Source: Octopus sinensis (lineage: Eukaryota). Taken from it: DNA of 64,000 bases. Positions within the stretch are counted from its first letter, which is position 1. Each line of letters begins with the position of its first letter. The notes beneath the pieces are model-generated. The model saw only the letters and a list, made by a program, of their open reading frames with translations. It was not told where the DNA came from and ran no database searches. The stretch is from positions 48,422,001 through 48,486,000 of the forward strand of contig NC_043012.1 of the NCBI RefSeq assembly GCF_006345805.1, written 5' to 3'. Of this stretch, positions 1 through 13,903 are shown piece after piece. The position numbers and the translations under genes are program-made.

Positions 1-84
1 CAACAATATCCGGCCTGTTATGTTTACATTTGACAGAGGTTTTAATGGGAATATTCCACCAGTATCCCTTGAGTTGTTTATGAA

Positions 85-192
85 TGTATTCCATAACAGA
101 GGGATTTTCTAAATGTATGTATGAATGTATGTATGTATGTATATATGTATGTATGTGTATGTGTGTATATGTATGTATGTATGTATGTATTA

Positions 193-225
<33 letters not shown>

Positions 226-295
226 ATGTATGTATGTATGTATGTATGTATGTATGTATTATGTATGTATGTGTGTATCTATGTATGTATGCACC
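85..295. repeat. (ATGT)n/(GT)n microsatellite block
   Basis: Directly visible tetra- and dinucleotide runs; they explain the M/Y/V/C ORFs at 84-355. Confidence 0.95.
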
Positions 296-601
296 AGATT
301 TCTAACCTTTCAGTTTATAGGGGAAATGTTTGAGTATTTCTATATCGTACTGTGACTGCAAAGCGGAATAATACCGCCAAGATTTGAAATCACTTCAAGT
401 TCCTTTCCAAGAAGAGGTCTACTTCTACTCTACGTTACACTTGATTCTATTGTTGAAATATAATAATTACGTGCGCACATGGTAACCTATGTCTATGTGT
501 GTGTGTGTCAAAAACTGTGCTCAGATTAGATGTGTGTAAACGTGTCAGTGTTTGAGTATTTGGCGCATTTACGTTAACGTTTGCGCGCCCACACCCGTGT
601 T

Positions 602-634
<33 letters not shown>

Positions 635-1168
635 TAAATGTTCAGATAAGTGCATTTCTGTGCTTAGATTGTGCTTTAGATTGCGGTAGTATGTGTATGC
701 ATGTGTATTATATGCCAAGCAGAACTGGCGTATATAAATGTATGTAGTTGTGGGAAGGGGGGAAGAAAGGGAGAGAAGGAGAGAGAAACAGACAGACAGT
801 GACAGAGAGGCAGACGGAGACAGAGAGAGTGAGTATCTGTTTCTGTCTGCACGTATACACAGCGAGTGTGCATGTGCGGAGGTGTTTCATGTATGAGTAT
901 GTATGTGTGACTGACAATGTGTGAATGTGTAAGGATTTTGTTTATCCAATTACAGCTAATAATATAAAAGTCATTGTCTTCATTTATCTGTTTTTACAGT
1001 TGTAAATGCGAGAAAAACAGAATTTCATTCAACTCGATATCTAATTTGACCAACACAGCATATTGTGTACATATATGGATATCATACACTTATACTTGTC
1101 TCTCTCTGCTTACTCTCTCAGTTTAATCTCTCTCTCTCTCTCTCTGTGCGTGCGTACACACACACACG

Positions 1169-1236
<68 letters not shown>

Positions 1237-4200
1237 CGTGCATAGCACATACATTCATGCACGGAGATTGAAAGAAGTGCATGTATGCGTAGTGTGTCTG
1301 CGCATGGATATTTATACACACTTTTGTATATGTGTGCGTTACTGTGTGTCTAGATATCACATACATCCTTTGTCTGCTGATTTATATAAATGATGTGATA
1401 TTTTGTTTTTATTTTGTGTATGGATATCACTTATACTCGCCTGTGCTATCTTTATATATGCGACGTACGTGTGCGAGTTTGGTATCTGTGTATGGATATC
1501 ACACGCATATATACTTCTCATTGCTATAAGTGTGTATACACGAAATTGCTTATCTATGAAGAGAGAACACACACAAACACTTGTCTGTCTGTAATGTCTG
1601 CGTGTATATAAGTAATATTGTATGACAGAGTATAGATATCACACAGACTATTGTTTCTATTTGTGTAAAAATGTGTTGGATTATGTGCTTCTACTTAGTT
1701 ATCACACGAATATATTGCACTTCCATTGTCTGTCTTTATGTTTACGTGTAAGCGTGCCTCTGTATATGGATATTACGCACATGCAATTGGTTATACTATG
1801 TGTGTATATGAATGTAATCGTTTGTTTGCGTATACATATCACAAACATTTGTCTCTGCGTGTATATATATAATATTTTGTGAGATATATACGCCGTACGT
1901 CATACGCATACACTAAATGCGTATGCGTGTGATTGTACCTACATGCACAGTCCTGTGTAACTCAGCTTGTTTGTTTCTGTATCGTATATTCTTGCCGCTG
2001 TCTCTCTAGGTGGATGGTAGAGGGCGTCCGTGTGTATTTATTTGACGCACGAACATTTACCTGTATATGCGTGTGACTAAGTCATGCCCGTTGGTGGCTG
2101 AGTGTGCGTGACATCCTATGTAATTGTGTTCGTCTGTGTTTGTGTATGCAAGTACCTTGCAGATGTAGAGTGTAAGTGTTTCCGCATGTTTGTCTATATA
2201 TAAAAGAGAGAGAGGGTGGGTGGGTGAGTGAAAGAGAGAGAGAAAGTTGGCTGTGTGTATCTGTGTGGTTTTGTGTGTGTGTATGCGTTTGTAAATGTGC
2301 ACAAGGTTGATTGTGTGGCCCATGGGGAAGATCTGGGCGTTTTAGTCACCCATTGCTGTAATATATCTGTATTATGGATTATATTTTTAATAGGAGTTAG
2401 CTTGTATGCGACAATATATTTGTGTATGTATGTTTGTGTGTGCGTATTATGTGTGCGTGTGTGTGCGTGTGTGTGTGTGCGTGTGTGTGCGTGTGTGTGT
2501 GTGTGTGTGTTTTTTTTTTATGTTTCTCAGGTTTCATGTGTCGACATGTGTAAATGTGTGTTGTTATTTAGCCTCAGGTGAGTCCTGAGAAAAGACATTT
2601 GATCAAATGCATTCGAGACATTATTTTTTCCTATGTGCAGAGGACTTAAGGCCACATTACCCAACATGTCCTTTTCTAAGATTGTAGGTTATGGAGTAGA
2701 TTTGGTTGCTATTTCTAGTAAGTCAAGCGGCCACGTAGAGCTCCGTAGGTGTTTAACGTGTTTGTGGCTATGTGGAGATATAGTTGTTTAGCCATTACTA
2801 AGGGTGCATGATTTGACAACTATTTATACAGAGAATTCTATTATTGTACTAGCACTATGACCCGGCAACGCGAGTACTGTCCAAATCTCCGACCAATCAC
2901 ATACAGCTAGTTGGTATTCAATTGGCGTATCAAATTTAGGGCATTTTGATTGGGTTTTGGATAGAAAATTCACAAAAAAGTCACTTCTATTGATTTTTTT
3001 AATGGCTTTGTTGGGTGACTGGGGAAATGTAAAGATGCGCACGACCACCCTTGGACGGCTTTGAATGACCATAGAAAGTGCGAGCCCCCTGACTGAAAAA
3101 TTGTGGATTTGTATAAAGGACACGCACACAGACATTTTGCCGTTTATATATGTAGAGATGAGTATGATTCTTTTGTTTGTTTATTTTTGATATCGTTAGA
3201 TCTGAAGAGAAAAACCCCTCAGTGCTCATGGACGTTTCCTACCCTTCGACATAGTAACTTTATGTTCGTTAACATTTAAATCAAAGACAGCAAAAAATGG
3301 CACGTGCAGGTACGAAATTCTAAGGGATTGAAAAAGGACCGAAGTTGAGAGGAAGAACTGTGCTTAGTAATTTGTGCTGAGCCTGCTATAAATGGATACA
3401 ACGTAGATGATGAAAGGTAAAGTGAGTCTACAAGTTTTGAGTGGGGAGTGGCATGAGACCAGCCAATTCTGAGAAGCAGAAACCATTGTAATAGCAATAG
3501 AAAACCTGTAAACAGGAAACGGCATGTCCAACAGGTGTATGTGTGATGTGTGTGATGTGTGTGACTATGTATATGTGTTGTATGTGTTCACCTGTCTTGG
3601 AAGTAATGTATGAATAATTGTATTTAAAATAGATAACGGCGTCTTACGTGTAAGGTAATATATTTGTTTCTTTTGCTGATGTTTTCATTTTTTTTCTCCA
3701 TAAACTTCTCAAGTTTTCTCAATCTGGTGGAGGTCAACGCAATTCATGCTCCGTTTGAATTTTAAAGATTTGATATCTGTCCAGAAAGTGCTGACTAAAA
3801 GTAGCAACAGTGTACAACAGTGTAGTACATGGGTTCGGTGAAGCTTTTAGTGTCTTAAAATACAACTAGATGTAACACGATAAGAAAAGCCAGAGCTGTG
3901 AATTAAGTGGATTTCTGCGGTGGTTATATATAACTTCCTATTTCTCCTCAGTAGAAAGCGTTGTCGTAGTAGAAGAGGCATAGATGATACAGCGCATCGG
4001 TGGATTATACATCATAGGCTGTTGTTGTTGCTGTTATTGTTGCTGTTGTTGTTGTTGTTGCTTTTTTCGATGTTCTTGTTATTGTCGTCGTCGTTGTTGT
4101 TGTTGTTGTAGTCGTTTACACCATAGGCTGCGAATTGTCAGAGTCGCTTCGCGGTACTTATTCCAGCACCTTCTGCCCTGAGTTCACATACTGTGGCAGT

Positions 4201-4329
4201 CAAGTTTGCTGTTCATACTTCTGAGGTCGATAAATAAATTGCCATTCTTGGATGGCGGACTGATGGAATATTTACAGAAAAGGACAGGAGACTTGCGAGT
4301 TTTCTTCTGCTTGTTTACATTCTGAAGTC

Positions 4330-5010
4330 TCAAATGCCACCATGATCAACTTAGATGATCATTTGATCCATTGTCCTGTTTAACACTGTTATTCGAGCTT
4401 TGGGAGCATTTAGCGCGGTTCACTTGTTGCAAGTATTGAAAAAAGATCTTTTGTTTCATGATATCGTCGTCCTTCCCGCCATCCCCAGTGTAACAAATAC
4501 TGCTTTTACCATGAGACCAACAGGATATATGAGACAACCATGGCTGACCTAACTTACAGTCAAAGGCATTCAAACTGGTTTCAACCAGACATTTCAGAGT
4601 TATCGATCTCCAATACGTTTATTTTTTCTTTCCAAAAGGGAGAGTGTTATTCAAAGGCGTGTCCGCTGTTGTTTTTAATACATGCAATGCCTTAAGAGTG
4701 CTAACTCGCTAAAGTTCTTCTTATCAGTTGTTGGCAATGTTATTGACATCACTTAAACTATTTGAGTTGGCGGAAGAGATGTTCTAGTTTTCAAGTATAT
4801 GAGTAGCAGAGCAACTGACATAGATACGGAGTTTACTATTCTGTTCTGCAACGACATTGTTCTGATTTCGATCCCATTGCGCACCACTTTGCATATTACT
4901 TCGTGTCAGCATAAATATTCAGTGTTCTCTCCAATTATATGAATCTCTGTCATATCGAGATAATCTTTCTCCTTTCCTTTTGTAACCTTAGAACCTATAA
5001 ATTCCACTCA
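4330..5010 (-). mobile_element. Highly decayed hAT-like transposase relic
   Basis: Frameshifted minus-strand fragments SNMQSG, IYVSCSATH (CxAH-like), ITLKCLVETSLNA (LKxLxETRW-like) and YLQQVNRAKCSQS occur in hAT order. Many stops. Confidence 0.4.
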
Positions 5011-5332
5011 CACAATTCGAAGTGAACTTTAGTGGCCAGAAAACTTTCAGAAGCTAGTCAAGGAGACAGCAGCGATATAAAAGTTTTAATCAAGGAACGG
5101 CACTCTATGAACTGGAAGATGGAGCGCGTCTATAGGTGACGTCATGTAAATTAGTTGAATAGAATTTCTGTTCAAAGTTCACTTCGGGCTGGCCCAAACT
5201 TTTCCTCAGTTTAGTACCAATCCCTGATATCTAGTTGCTTCTGGCAGAATATATTCGGTCACAAACATTCCAGCAAAGTCTTTTAACTTTTCGTGAGTCC
5301 GAAAGAGTTCATGGGCACTGTCCTTCCGCATT

Positions 5333-5583
5333 TATTTCACCCTTTTAAAGCCTAGCCAGGCTCACGGGCCCGGTTTTCCGGTTTCTATGGCGTATATATT
5401 CCCCAGCTGGACGGGACCCCAGTCCATCGCAGCGTTACTCATTTTTGCCGGCTGAGTGGACTGGAGCAACGTGAAATGCAGTGTTTTGCTCAAGAACACG
5501 ACGCGTCGCCCGGTCCAGGAATCGAAACCACAATCTTACGATCATGATGCTGACACCCTAACCACTAAGCCACGCGCCTCCAC
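5333..5583 (-). mobile_element. tRNA-headed SINE, family D (head gtggaggcgcgtggcttagtgg)
   Basis: A-box and B-box-like head; 12-bp TSD tccttccgcatt at 5321-5332 and 5584-5595; related copies at 52350 and 54835. Confidence 0.9.
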
Positions 5584-5718
5584 TCCTTCCGCATTATACT
5601 AACTCAAACCAAAATATTCCGATGTGAGGGGTAATATATGCCTTGTGAAATAACTTTGATCTTACAATCTGTCTTTATACCTAGCACGTATAGTTATGGG
5701 TTTGTATAACTATTATTA

Positions 5719-5763
<45 letters not shown>

Positions 5764-6067
5764 GTGCTTACTGAAAGGTGAGCGTGTGTCTTCAATTGTG
5801 TGTGTGTGTAGATCTATTAGGTGTATGCCTTTGTTTCTTCTAGCAAGACGCAGGTAAATTTCAAAAATTCACTGTAAAAGGAAACATATGTGTGCGTGTG
5901 TAGAGGTCTCTCAGTATGTATGTGCGTGTGTGTGTGTGGCGGTGGAGGGTGCTTGAGTTGCAATATATATGCCACTAAGACAATGTATATCTATAATGAC
6001 AGCAAATTCCGTTTATACATACACATATGTATAGGACTATGTCGATATCTATGGATATGTATATATA

Positions 6068-9000
6068 TTTTTTTTTTTTAGTTTCAGCTCAAAGCTATGG
6101 CCATGCTGGGGCACCGCTGTTTTGCTACACTGTTATTATTGAGAGCTTCCTCTAATATGTGGCAGTTGGTGAATAAGGGAGTTTGATGTCGCTACCCTCG
6201 TTTTCACCTCCTGCCGTGAGGTAGATTCATCTGGGACTCTCGATAGGAAGTGGTCCAGCTTTGATTTGAAAACACCTACATCCACTTTGCATAGGTCCCT
6301 CAGGCTCTTTGGGAGAATATTAAAAAGCTGTGGGCCCCAGAAACCCAGTCTGTTGTAATAACTGGTCCTGAAGCGCGATGGCACTGCTGGGATCTTTGGT
6401 ACTGTGCAGTATCGACCCTTTCTGATATTTGTGTAGCTTTCAATGCCAAACTTTGGTACAATTCCTTCCACGATCTACCATTTGTATATTACTTCATATC
6501 TCTCCCGCCTTTGCTCCAGAGAGTAGAGTCTTAGCTGTTTCAGCCTTTCCCAGTAGCTGAGCTGTGGCAATAAAACGATCTTCTTTGTGAAGCTTCACTG
6601 GGTTGCTTCAAGGTCCGCTGTTAATTTTACAGTTGGGTGACGATAGCTGAGAGCAGTAATCTAGGCAGCTGAGGACGACTGTCCTCCAGAGGACCATCAT
6701 GGTTTCCTTCTCTCCAGTTCTGAAAGTTCTCAGGATCCATCCAGTCAATTGTATGCACTTTATCGCAATCCTCATAATGTGCACTTCGAAAGAGGTATCA
6801 TCACTCATGTCGATACCCAGGTCCCGCTCTGATTTAGGCCCATTGTCCTCATCCCATCTGTAAAATGAGTCCAACTCCTACTGCAGGTGTGCAACATCGC
6901 TGGGGTTCTGTATTTACTGCGAGACTTTCGTGTCGTCTGCGTAGCTAGCAAGGGTGGCTATCCGGGCAGCTGAGATAGGCCTATAGTTTTTGGCATCTGC
7001 TCTGCTACCTCCTTTATGGATTGGGCATATCATTCCCTCCTTCAGGTTTTGCTTGGCTGCCTGCTATTTGCAAGAAAGCTCTGGAAGAGAATCTGTAGTG
7101 GTTTCGACCAGCAGTTGAGTTTGCTTCCACCTCATATGTGGCTAGTAGTAAATCTTCTTCGCTAATGTCGATGTAATCCATCGTAACTACCTCGCTGGTT
7201 ATAGGTGAGGCGGCAAAGAAATCCACTGGTTCGTTCACTTGTCTGCGTCCCAAACGGGGTGGTAAAGATACTTTTGAACTGGTCATTCAGTACCTCACTG
7301 ATCCTGGTTGGACTATATGTGAGGGAGCCATCCTTTCGGAAGAGGGGTCCTATTTTGCAGCGTACTGGGGCTGTTTATCTGGCATAATGACAGAAGGCCT
7401 TCGGGGTTGACTTAATGTTTTTTATAACCCTGGCTTCTTTATCTGCTTTCTCCCTCACATAGGATTGTTGCAGGCTTTTTCCAATCTCCATCGGTGTTGT
7501 TTTTACACGGGACCGTTCACTACTTTTAGAATGTTGGTTGAAGCGATTTGCAACTTTCGTCCGTCGTCTCATGAGGTTCTTCTTCTCCCTTGGAGTCTTG
7601 TTCCTTTTTGTGTTGGCCTTGTGCTCTGGGACATATTTCTGGCATATGGTTTGCATAACACACATAAAATATTCTGGTTTCATGCCAATGTCTGGTGTGG
7701 AGAGACATTTCGGCCAATCCTATCTCAGGATCTCTTTTTGGATCGATTTCCAGACTGCTTTGTGGAAGTTCAGATTGGAGAGATACTGGGTGCTTCCATT
7801 AGGCTGTATGACTCTGGATACTTTTGGTCCATACATGCATAGCTCTATTATATTGTGATTCGATACTAATGTCGGCGTCACTTTCACATCATGAACGATG
7901 TCCATATTGTTTTTGAAGCTGTGATCCAAAATGTTATTCACCCTAGTTGATCTGAGCAGAACTTGCTCCATTAATAGAGTATTGATCCACCTGTTACTTG
8001 TTTGCAATGAGTCATTCCTGGGAGCATGAGGCCTTCGGGACATTTGACACTGGGGAAGTTGAAATCACCCATAAGAAATACGCATCCGGTGGGCGAAATG
8101 TATTGCATATGACTATATTGTGTTGTCTTATGTATACAATTAGAGTGTCACGTGCTGAATTTGAGTATATCAGTAAGATCTGGGATGTGAAGTCTTCACG
8201 GATGTATACAACAACTCCACCATGGCCCCGTTCCCTTTTGTCTGTTCGCAGTATGGTATATTTTGGTACGTGTACTTCTGCATCCTCTATATCAGGGATC
8301 AGATGAGTTTCCACGAGTGCTATGCATAGGGCTTGATTGCATGCAGCAAGATCTCTCAAGAAAAGAATTTTGCTTTTGCTGTTGTGATGCAACAGGCCCC
8401 CAATATTTAGTAAAAATATCGGCGTGACTACTTAACAAGCGTTAGGGGAGGCCATCCCGTGTCTGTTGACTGTGGTAGTCTTGCGCAGTGGTGGGCAAGC
8501 TTCCTTGTTTGCGCTTGATTTAACCACAGTCTTTTGCGCCATGCACAAAAAAAGACTCTTGCTCAGCTGCTGCCATGCGCATAACATCTGAAGAACACAC
8601 TGCATCTATATGCTTTCTTTTGGAGACGATGGTGCCTTTCCTCAGAGAAATACTTCTCCTTAAGGCCCATGTAATTTTGGCGGGGTCTCAAGTAAACCGG
8701 CAATTTGTACCGTTTTCCCCATACCAACATTTGCCTTGCTGTTAAAATTTGCATGTGCTTGACTTCACTCCAAAGTTCTTCTCACCTCTAGGGATTCGGA
8801 TTCCGTTGGAACCTCCGTAGTTTTCTGTTTTTTGTTTGGTGGTTTTGGGCTTCGGTTTCAGCTAGTTCATCTTTTCCTTTTCCTTTTTCTCCCCTTCTTT
8901 CTTTATGTTTCTGCTCGTGTTCTTTCCTTTCTTTTCTGGTGGTAGACTTGCATTCCTCTGGTTGTCCAATGGGGTGAAGACTCCATTCCTTTGTAGGACC

Positions 9001-9205
9001 ACTGCCACAGAGGTACTTCCGGTTGTTGCTTCTTCAGCTTCCTTATCCTTATCAACCTGGTTGTTCACAGGGGTGGGGGATCCATTCTTTTGAGAAACCA
9101 TTGGATCAAAGAGTCTTCTGGGTTTTTGCTTTGTTTTCCCTAACCTTATCAGCCTTGCCATAGTAGTTTTTCCATGATGACATCAAGAGTGTCCATGTGT
9201 GGTCT
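6068..9205 (-). mobile_element. CR1/L2-group non-LTR retrotransposon, internally deleted and dead
   Basis: APE endonuclease (ALVETHL...AEVHVPKYTILRTDKRERGHGGVVVY, 8012-8392); RT pieces PIHKGGSRADAKNYRPIS and ASYADDTK; C-terminal LDYCSQL and GPQLFNILP...FKSKLDHFLSRVPD; ORF1 remnant at about 8400-9160; A-rich tail at about 6068-6080; (AT)n on both flanks. Confidence 0.92.
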
Positions 9206-9206
9206 A

Positions 9207-9256
<50 letters not shown>

Positions 9257-9383
9257 ATGTATGCATGTATGTATATATGTATGTATATGTAAATATATAT
9301 GTATATGTATATACATATATGCATATAAATCTCTCTCTCTCTCTCTCTCCTCTCTCTATATATATATATATTATATATATATA

Positions 9384-9414
<31 letters not shown>

Positions 9415-10044
9415 CATATATACACATATACACATATACTTATATACGCACATGAAAACATGTGTTTTTGATGTTTCAGTGCATGATTTTGTGTGCAGCA
9501 TATTGATACTGTTTACCAGCGTAGTAGCGTAGTTATGGGCGTAGTATGTTTGCCATATTGTCTGAGTATATTTGCGTGACACTGCGTGCGTGTGCGTACG
9601 TGTGTACGTGTGTGTGACTGCGTGATAATGCTTATGCAATTTTGTGTATGTGTATATGCATCATTCATCATGTTTATGTTCTTTCTTGTTTATATGCTAC
9701 ACCGTGTCTACCGATGTCTCTGTGTGAAATGATTATCATCTCTGCATACAGTTGTGACTATGTTCGAGTGTGTGTTGGTACGTCTAAACATCTACGAATT
9801 GATATGTCTATGGATATTAGTATTCATGTGGGCCAATATTCACAGATCTATGTTTGTCTTCATGTATCCGCCATTGCGTTGGTATCTGTCTACAGGGAAA
9901 TGCATACACCTATGTTCACATACATTTCTAAGTGTACGTGTATATGTGTATTTTATAATAGGATTATGTGTTTGTTTGTTTATATTGCTGAGTATACACT
10001 GTTTTTGTCTGTGTTTCTGCAGGATGTGTATATATATATATGTA

Positions 10045-10118
<74 letters not shown>

Positions 10119-10139
10119 TGTATGTATATGTATGTATGC

Positions 10140-10176
<37 letters not shown>

Positions 10177-10879
10177 TACACATATTTATACGTGTGTGTA
10201 TTATAATGTATGTTTGTGCATGCTCGTGTTCTTGTTTTTGCATTTGTGTTTATATACGATTGTGTCTGTACATATATTTAATTTTAAACGCGTGTGTACC
10301 TGTGCATATCTGTAGGCGTATACGCTCCATTGTAATTGATGCTGTTGTTTCTGATGTTTTTGTAGTGTTTGTTGGTGTTGCTGTTGTTGTTGTTGTAGAG
10401 CTGGTTGATCGTGTATATGTGGGTGTACATGCAAGTGTAAACATATTTAGCGCACAGTATGTTTATGTCTAAGCAGTGGTGTGACAGACTACGTCAGTGA
10501 ACGTCGAAGTTGCTGACAGATTCAACTACGCCATCATTCCACAACCAACACCAACACCACCACACCGGCAGCACCTTCGCATCATCGTCATCGTCATACA
10601 CCCATCCACTCTTACAAAAAGTCCATATTTATCCCTTGTTCTCTCAGCAGTTATTTCTTGTTAACAACGGAGCTGTCTTCTTGTATTCCACAAATCAGCC
10701 ATGTTGTTCTGGGAAAGAGAGTGCTTGTCTGTGTCGGTTGCATCACAAAAATCTGGACACCTCACTTTATGCGTCGTGTAAGACATCGCTTATTACAAGG
10801 CACAATTGTCTCTCGTCGTTAGTTTAATTTCACGGTAGCGGCTTGCTTTCCTATTGCCGTTCATCTTAATGATAAAACA

Positions 10880-10892
10880 ACTGCTGCTGCTG

Positions 10893-10982
<90 letters not shown>

Positions 10983-11130
10983 ACTACTACTACTACTATT
11001 ACTACTTCTACTGATGATGATGATGATGATGATGATGGTGGTGGTGATGGTGGTGGTGATGGTGGTGCTGGTGCTGCTGCTGCTACTAGTGATAGACGTA
11101 ACAGTGGTGGAGATGATGGCGCTGATGATG
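10880..11130. repeat. Compound (CTA)n/(GAT)n/(GGT)n trinucleotide block
   Basis: Directly visible. Confidence 0.95.
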
Positions 11131-11939
11131 GTGATATGATATTCATTCTGTAATAATTGTTTTTTTTAATGTTTATTTCTTGCTGTCGTTCGTATTTATT
11201 TTTGTTTCTGGTGCCATTGTTGTTTGCTGTCGTTGTTATTTCAACAGCCACATCCGTAAACCACTAATTCTTGCTCTTTTATTTCGTCTCTCGGTCAAAT
11301 GTGAAATTTCTACTCAGATATTCCATGAACAGAAATAGATTTCTATAACATAGAAGGAACACAAGGTGAAATAACAATCTCCTGGAATCTAACCTGGCTG
11401 GCTTCTATGTAAACTCGGTTCTCCAGCAACTAAATTCTTACACTACCAGATTTATAACACACACACACACATACACACACACAAGTACACACACATACGC
11501 ATACATACTTTCATAAATATACATACATATATATACATATATATATACATATATACATACATATGTATACATATAGATAGCTAGATCGATGTGTGTGTGT
11601 GGGTGTAATTAAGATTCAGCTGAATAAGGTACTTAAACTAAGGCCCCTTGTTAGGTCGATCTTATTTGTATGTATATATCGTTGCTATTATATTAAACTG
11701 CCGTATGTCCAAAGTTGGTCAAATGAGTTTTTTCTTTCAATATTTATTTTTGCTTGCAATAGCCGGTTCTTATGGCCAAGCTATCTTACCACAAGCTGCT
11801 TCAGATGCCAAGATGTCAAAAGGTGTTGTACAACGTTTTTGGTATAAAATGGTGAAACTAGAATTTCCTTTTCTGAAAAACCAACGTTTTGGACTTACGA
11901 CATTTTCACATAATAGCAACGATATATATATATTTATGC

Positions 11940-11990
<51 letters not shown>

Positions 11991-12613
11991 GTGTGTGTGT
12001 GTAATTTTTGCACAAATCAGTATATGTCAATTAGAGTGTTGGGTAAGGCACATTAACACCATTTGTTCTCACTGTCCTGTTCTTGTTACCACTTTTACCC
12101 TCCGCAAAAATCCCAAATTTCATTTAATTTGCTTTGCGAGAAGGACTGTTTCAATGAAGTCGCGTCTTGTCCTTGCCTTCAGAACGCGGAGTAGATGAAA
12201 CAGGGACAACTGAAGAAGGGGAATATTCTTTATGTTGTATGCCTCATTTCTCTGGGTTTTTTTTTTTGTTGTTCAAAAAATGTTCGTTTCTATGTTTTTG
12301 CTTTCATGTTTTCGTTTCTGATTGTGTTCAACGTATTTTTGATGTCCTGTGACCATATATGCATGTATATATACATATATATGTAGGTATGTACATATAT
12401 GTATGTATATATTAGTATATTTATATATTAATCATATTATATGTATATTTGTGTGTGTGTGTGTAGAATGCGAGCGAGTATGTGTGTCTGTTTTCGTATG
12501 TGATGTGATTATATATGTACCTATATATACATGTGTACCTATATATATGAGTTTATGTATATATGTATATCCATATATGTATGTGTATGTATATATATAT
12601 GTATATATATATG

Positions 12614-12671
<58 letters not shown>

Positions 12672-12901
12672 GTATGTATATGTATTTGTGTGTATATATG
12701 CACGAACATGAAACTACTTGCCTAAGTATTAATCTTCCTTTCTCCTTCTACTTTCTTTTTCCTCTAAGCGGTGATGACAGCAAAAGCTAATTACGTCATT
12801 TTATCTAAACTAGAACACAGAGTTTCCACGTTCATATTTGAACTCCCGAACTTTTATTCATTCCCGACACTAAAGATCTCTCGTGAGATTTCTTTATCAA
12901 T

Positions 12902-12946
12902 GAACCTTAAGAGACCCAGACTGATGGGTCGAAACATATGTTGTAC
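12902..12946 (+). ncRNA. Decayed type I hammerhead ribozyme-like motif
   Basis: CTTAAGA (CUGANGA with G5>U), perfect 6-bp stem II GACCCA/TGGGTC, GAAAC, ATAT, GTT; stem I pairs at 3 of 4 positions; AATAAA follows. Confidence 0.45.
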
Positions 12947-12990
12947 CTAATAAAAGTCTAATACGAAATTCATCCCCTTTTAATTAATAC

Positions 12991-13222
12991 TTATTTCTTT
13001 ATTATCCACAAGGGGCTAAACACAGAGGGGACAAACAAGGACACACATAAGTATTAAGTCGATTACATCCAACCCAGTGCGTAACCGGTACTTAATTTAT
13101 CGACCCCGAAAGGATGAAAGGCAAAGTCGACCTCGGCGTAATTTGAACTCACAACGTAACGGCAGACGAAATACCGCTAAGCATTTCGCCCGGCGTGCTA
13201 ACGTTTCTGCCAGCTCGCCACC
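12991..13222 (-). mobile_element. tRNA-headed SINE, family A (head gagctggcagaaacgttagc)
   Basis: Full-length; B-box gagttcaaatt; TSD tttaattaatact on both sides (about 12978-12991 and 13224-13237). Confidence 0.92.
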
Positions 13223-13375
13223 ATTTTAATTAATACTATCACCCAAACTACCACTGCGGAGTTCCAGAAGTAGATCCAACAAAAGTGTACCACAACTGCG
13301 GATGACAACAGGTAACCTAAACTGTATCGGTGCTCTGCTCAACACTAATCGAATTATACTTATTTGTCCAAATTA

Positions 13376-13468
<93 letters not shown>

Positions 13469-13600
13469 TTGTTATTATTATATATATGTATATTTGTGTG
13501 TGTATAATAATAATATTAGGGAATATTATTCCAAACTTACAGGGAAAAATTAAATTTAGTAATACTAAGTAAAATTTCACAATATATAATATATGTATAC

Positions 13601-13903
13601 AAATTTGAGAAGAACCACCTTTTATCAATTCAACAATGAAATAACAAAGATATAATTAAATTATACTATATAGACAAACAATTAAATATACGATAAAACA
13701 TATACCAATAATTAAGTAAAGAACAAATTAATAAATGAAAACTAATAAATAAAATACCAATTATATACTTTTCATTTATTAATTTGTACTTTACTTAATT
13801 ATTGGTATATGTTTTATCGTATATTTAATTTCTTTCTATATGGTATAATTTAATTATATCTTTGTTATTTCATTGTTGAATTGCTAAAGGTGGTTCTTCT
13901 CTA

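Noticed and set aside
3215-3260. Minus-strand GAAACGTC with a short atg/cat stem
   Set aside because: The upstream core reads TCGAAGG and there is no stem II.
9642-10472. 276-aa ORF, the longest plus-strand ORF
   Set aside because: Runs through (AT)n and (ATGT)n; C/V/Y/I/M composition reflects microsatellites; no domain.
12183-12265. Acceptor-like site followed by RGVDETGTTEEGEYSL
   Set aside because: No convincing donor, no recognisable homology and no partner exons.
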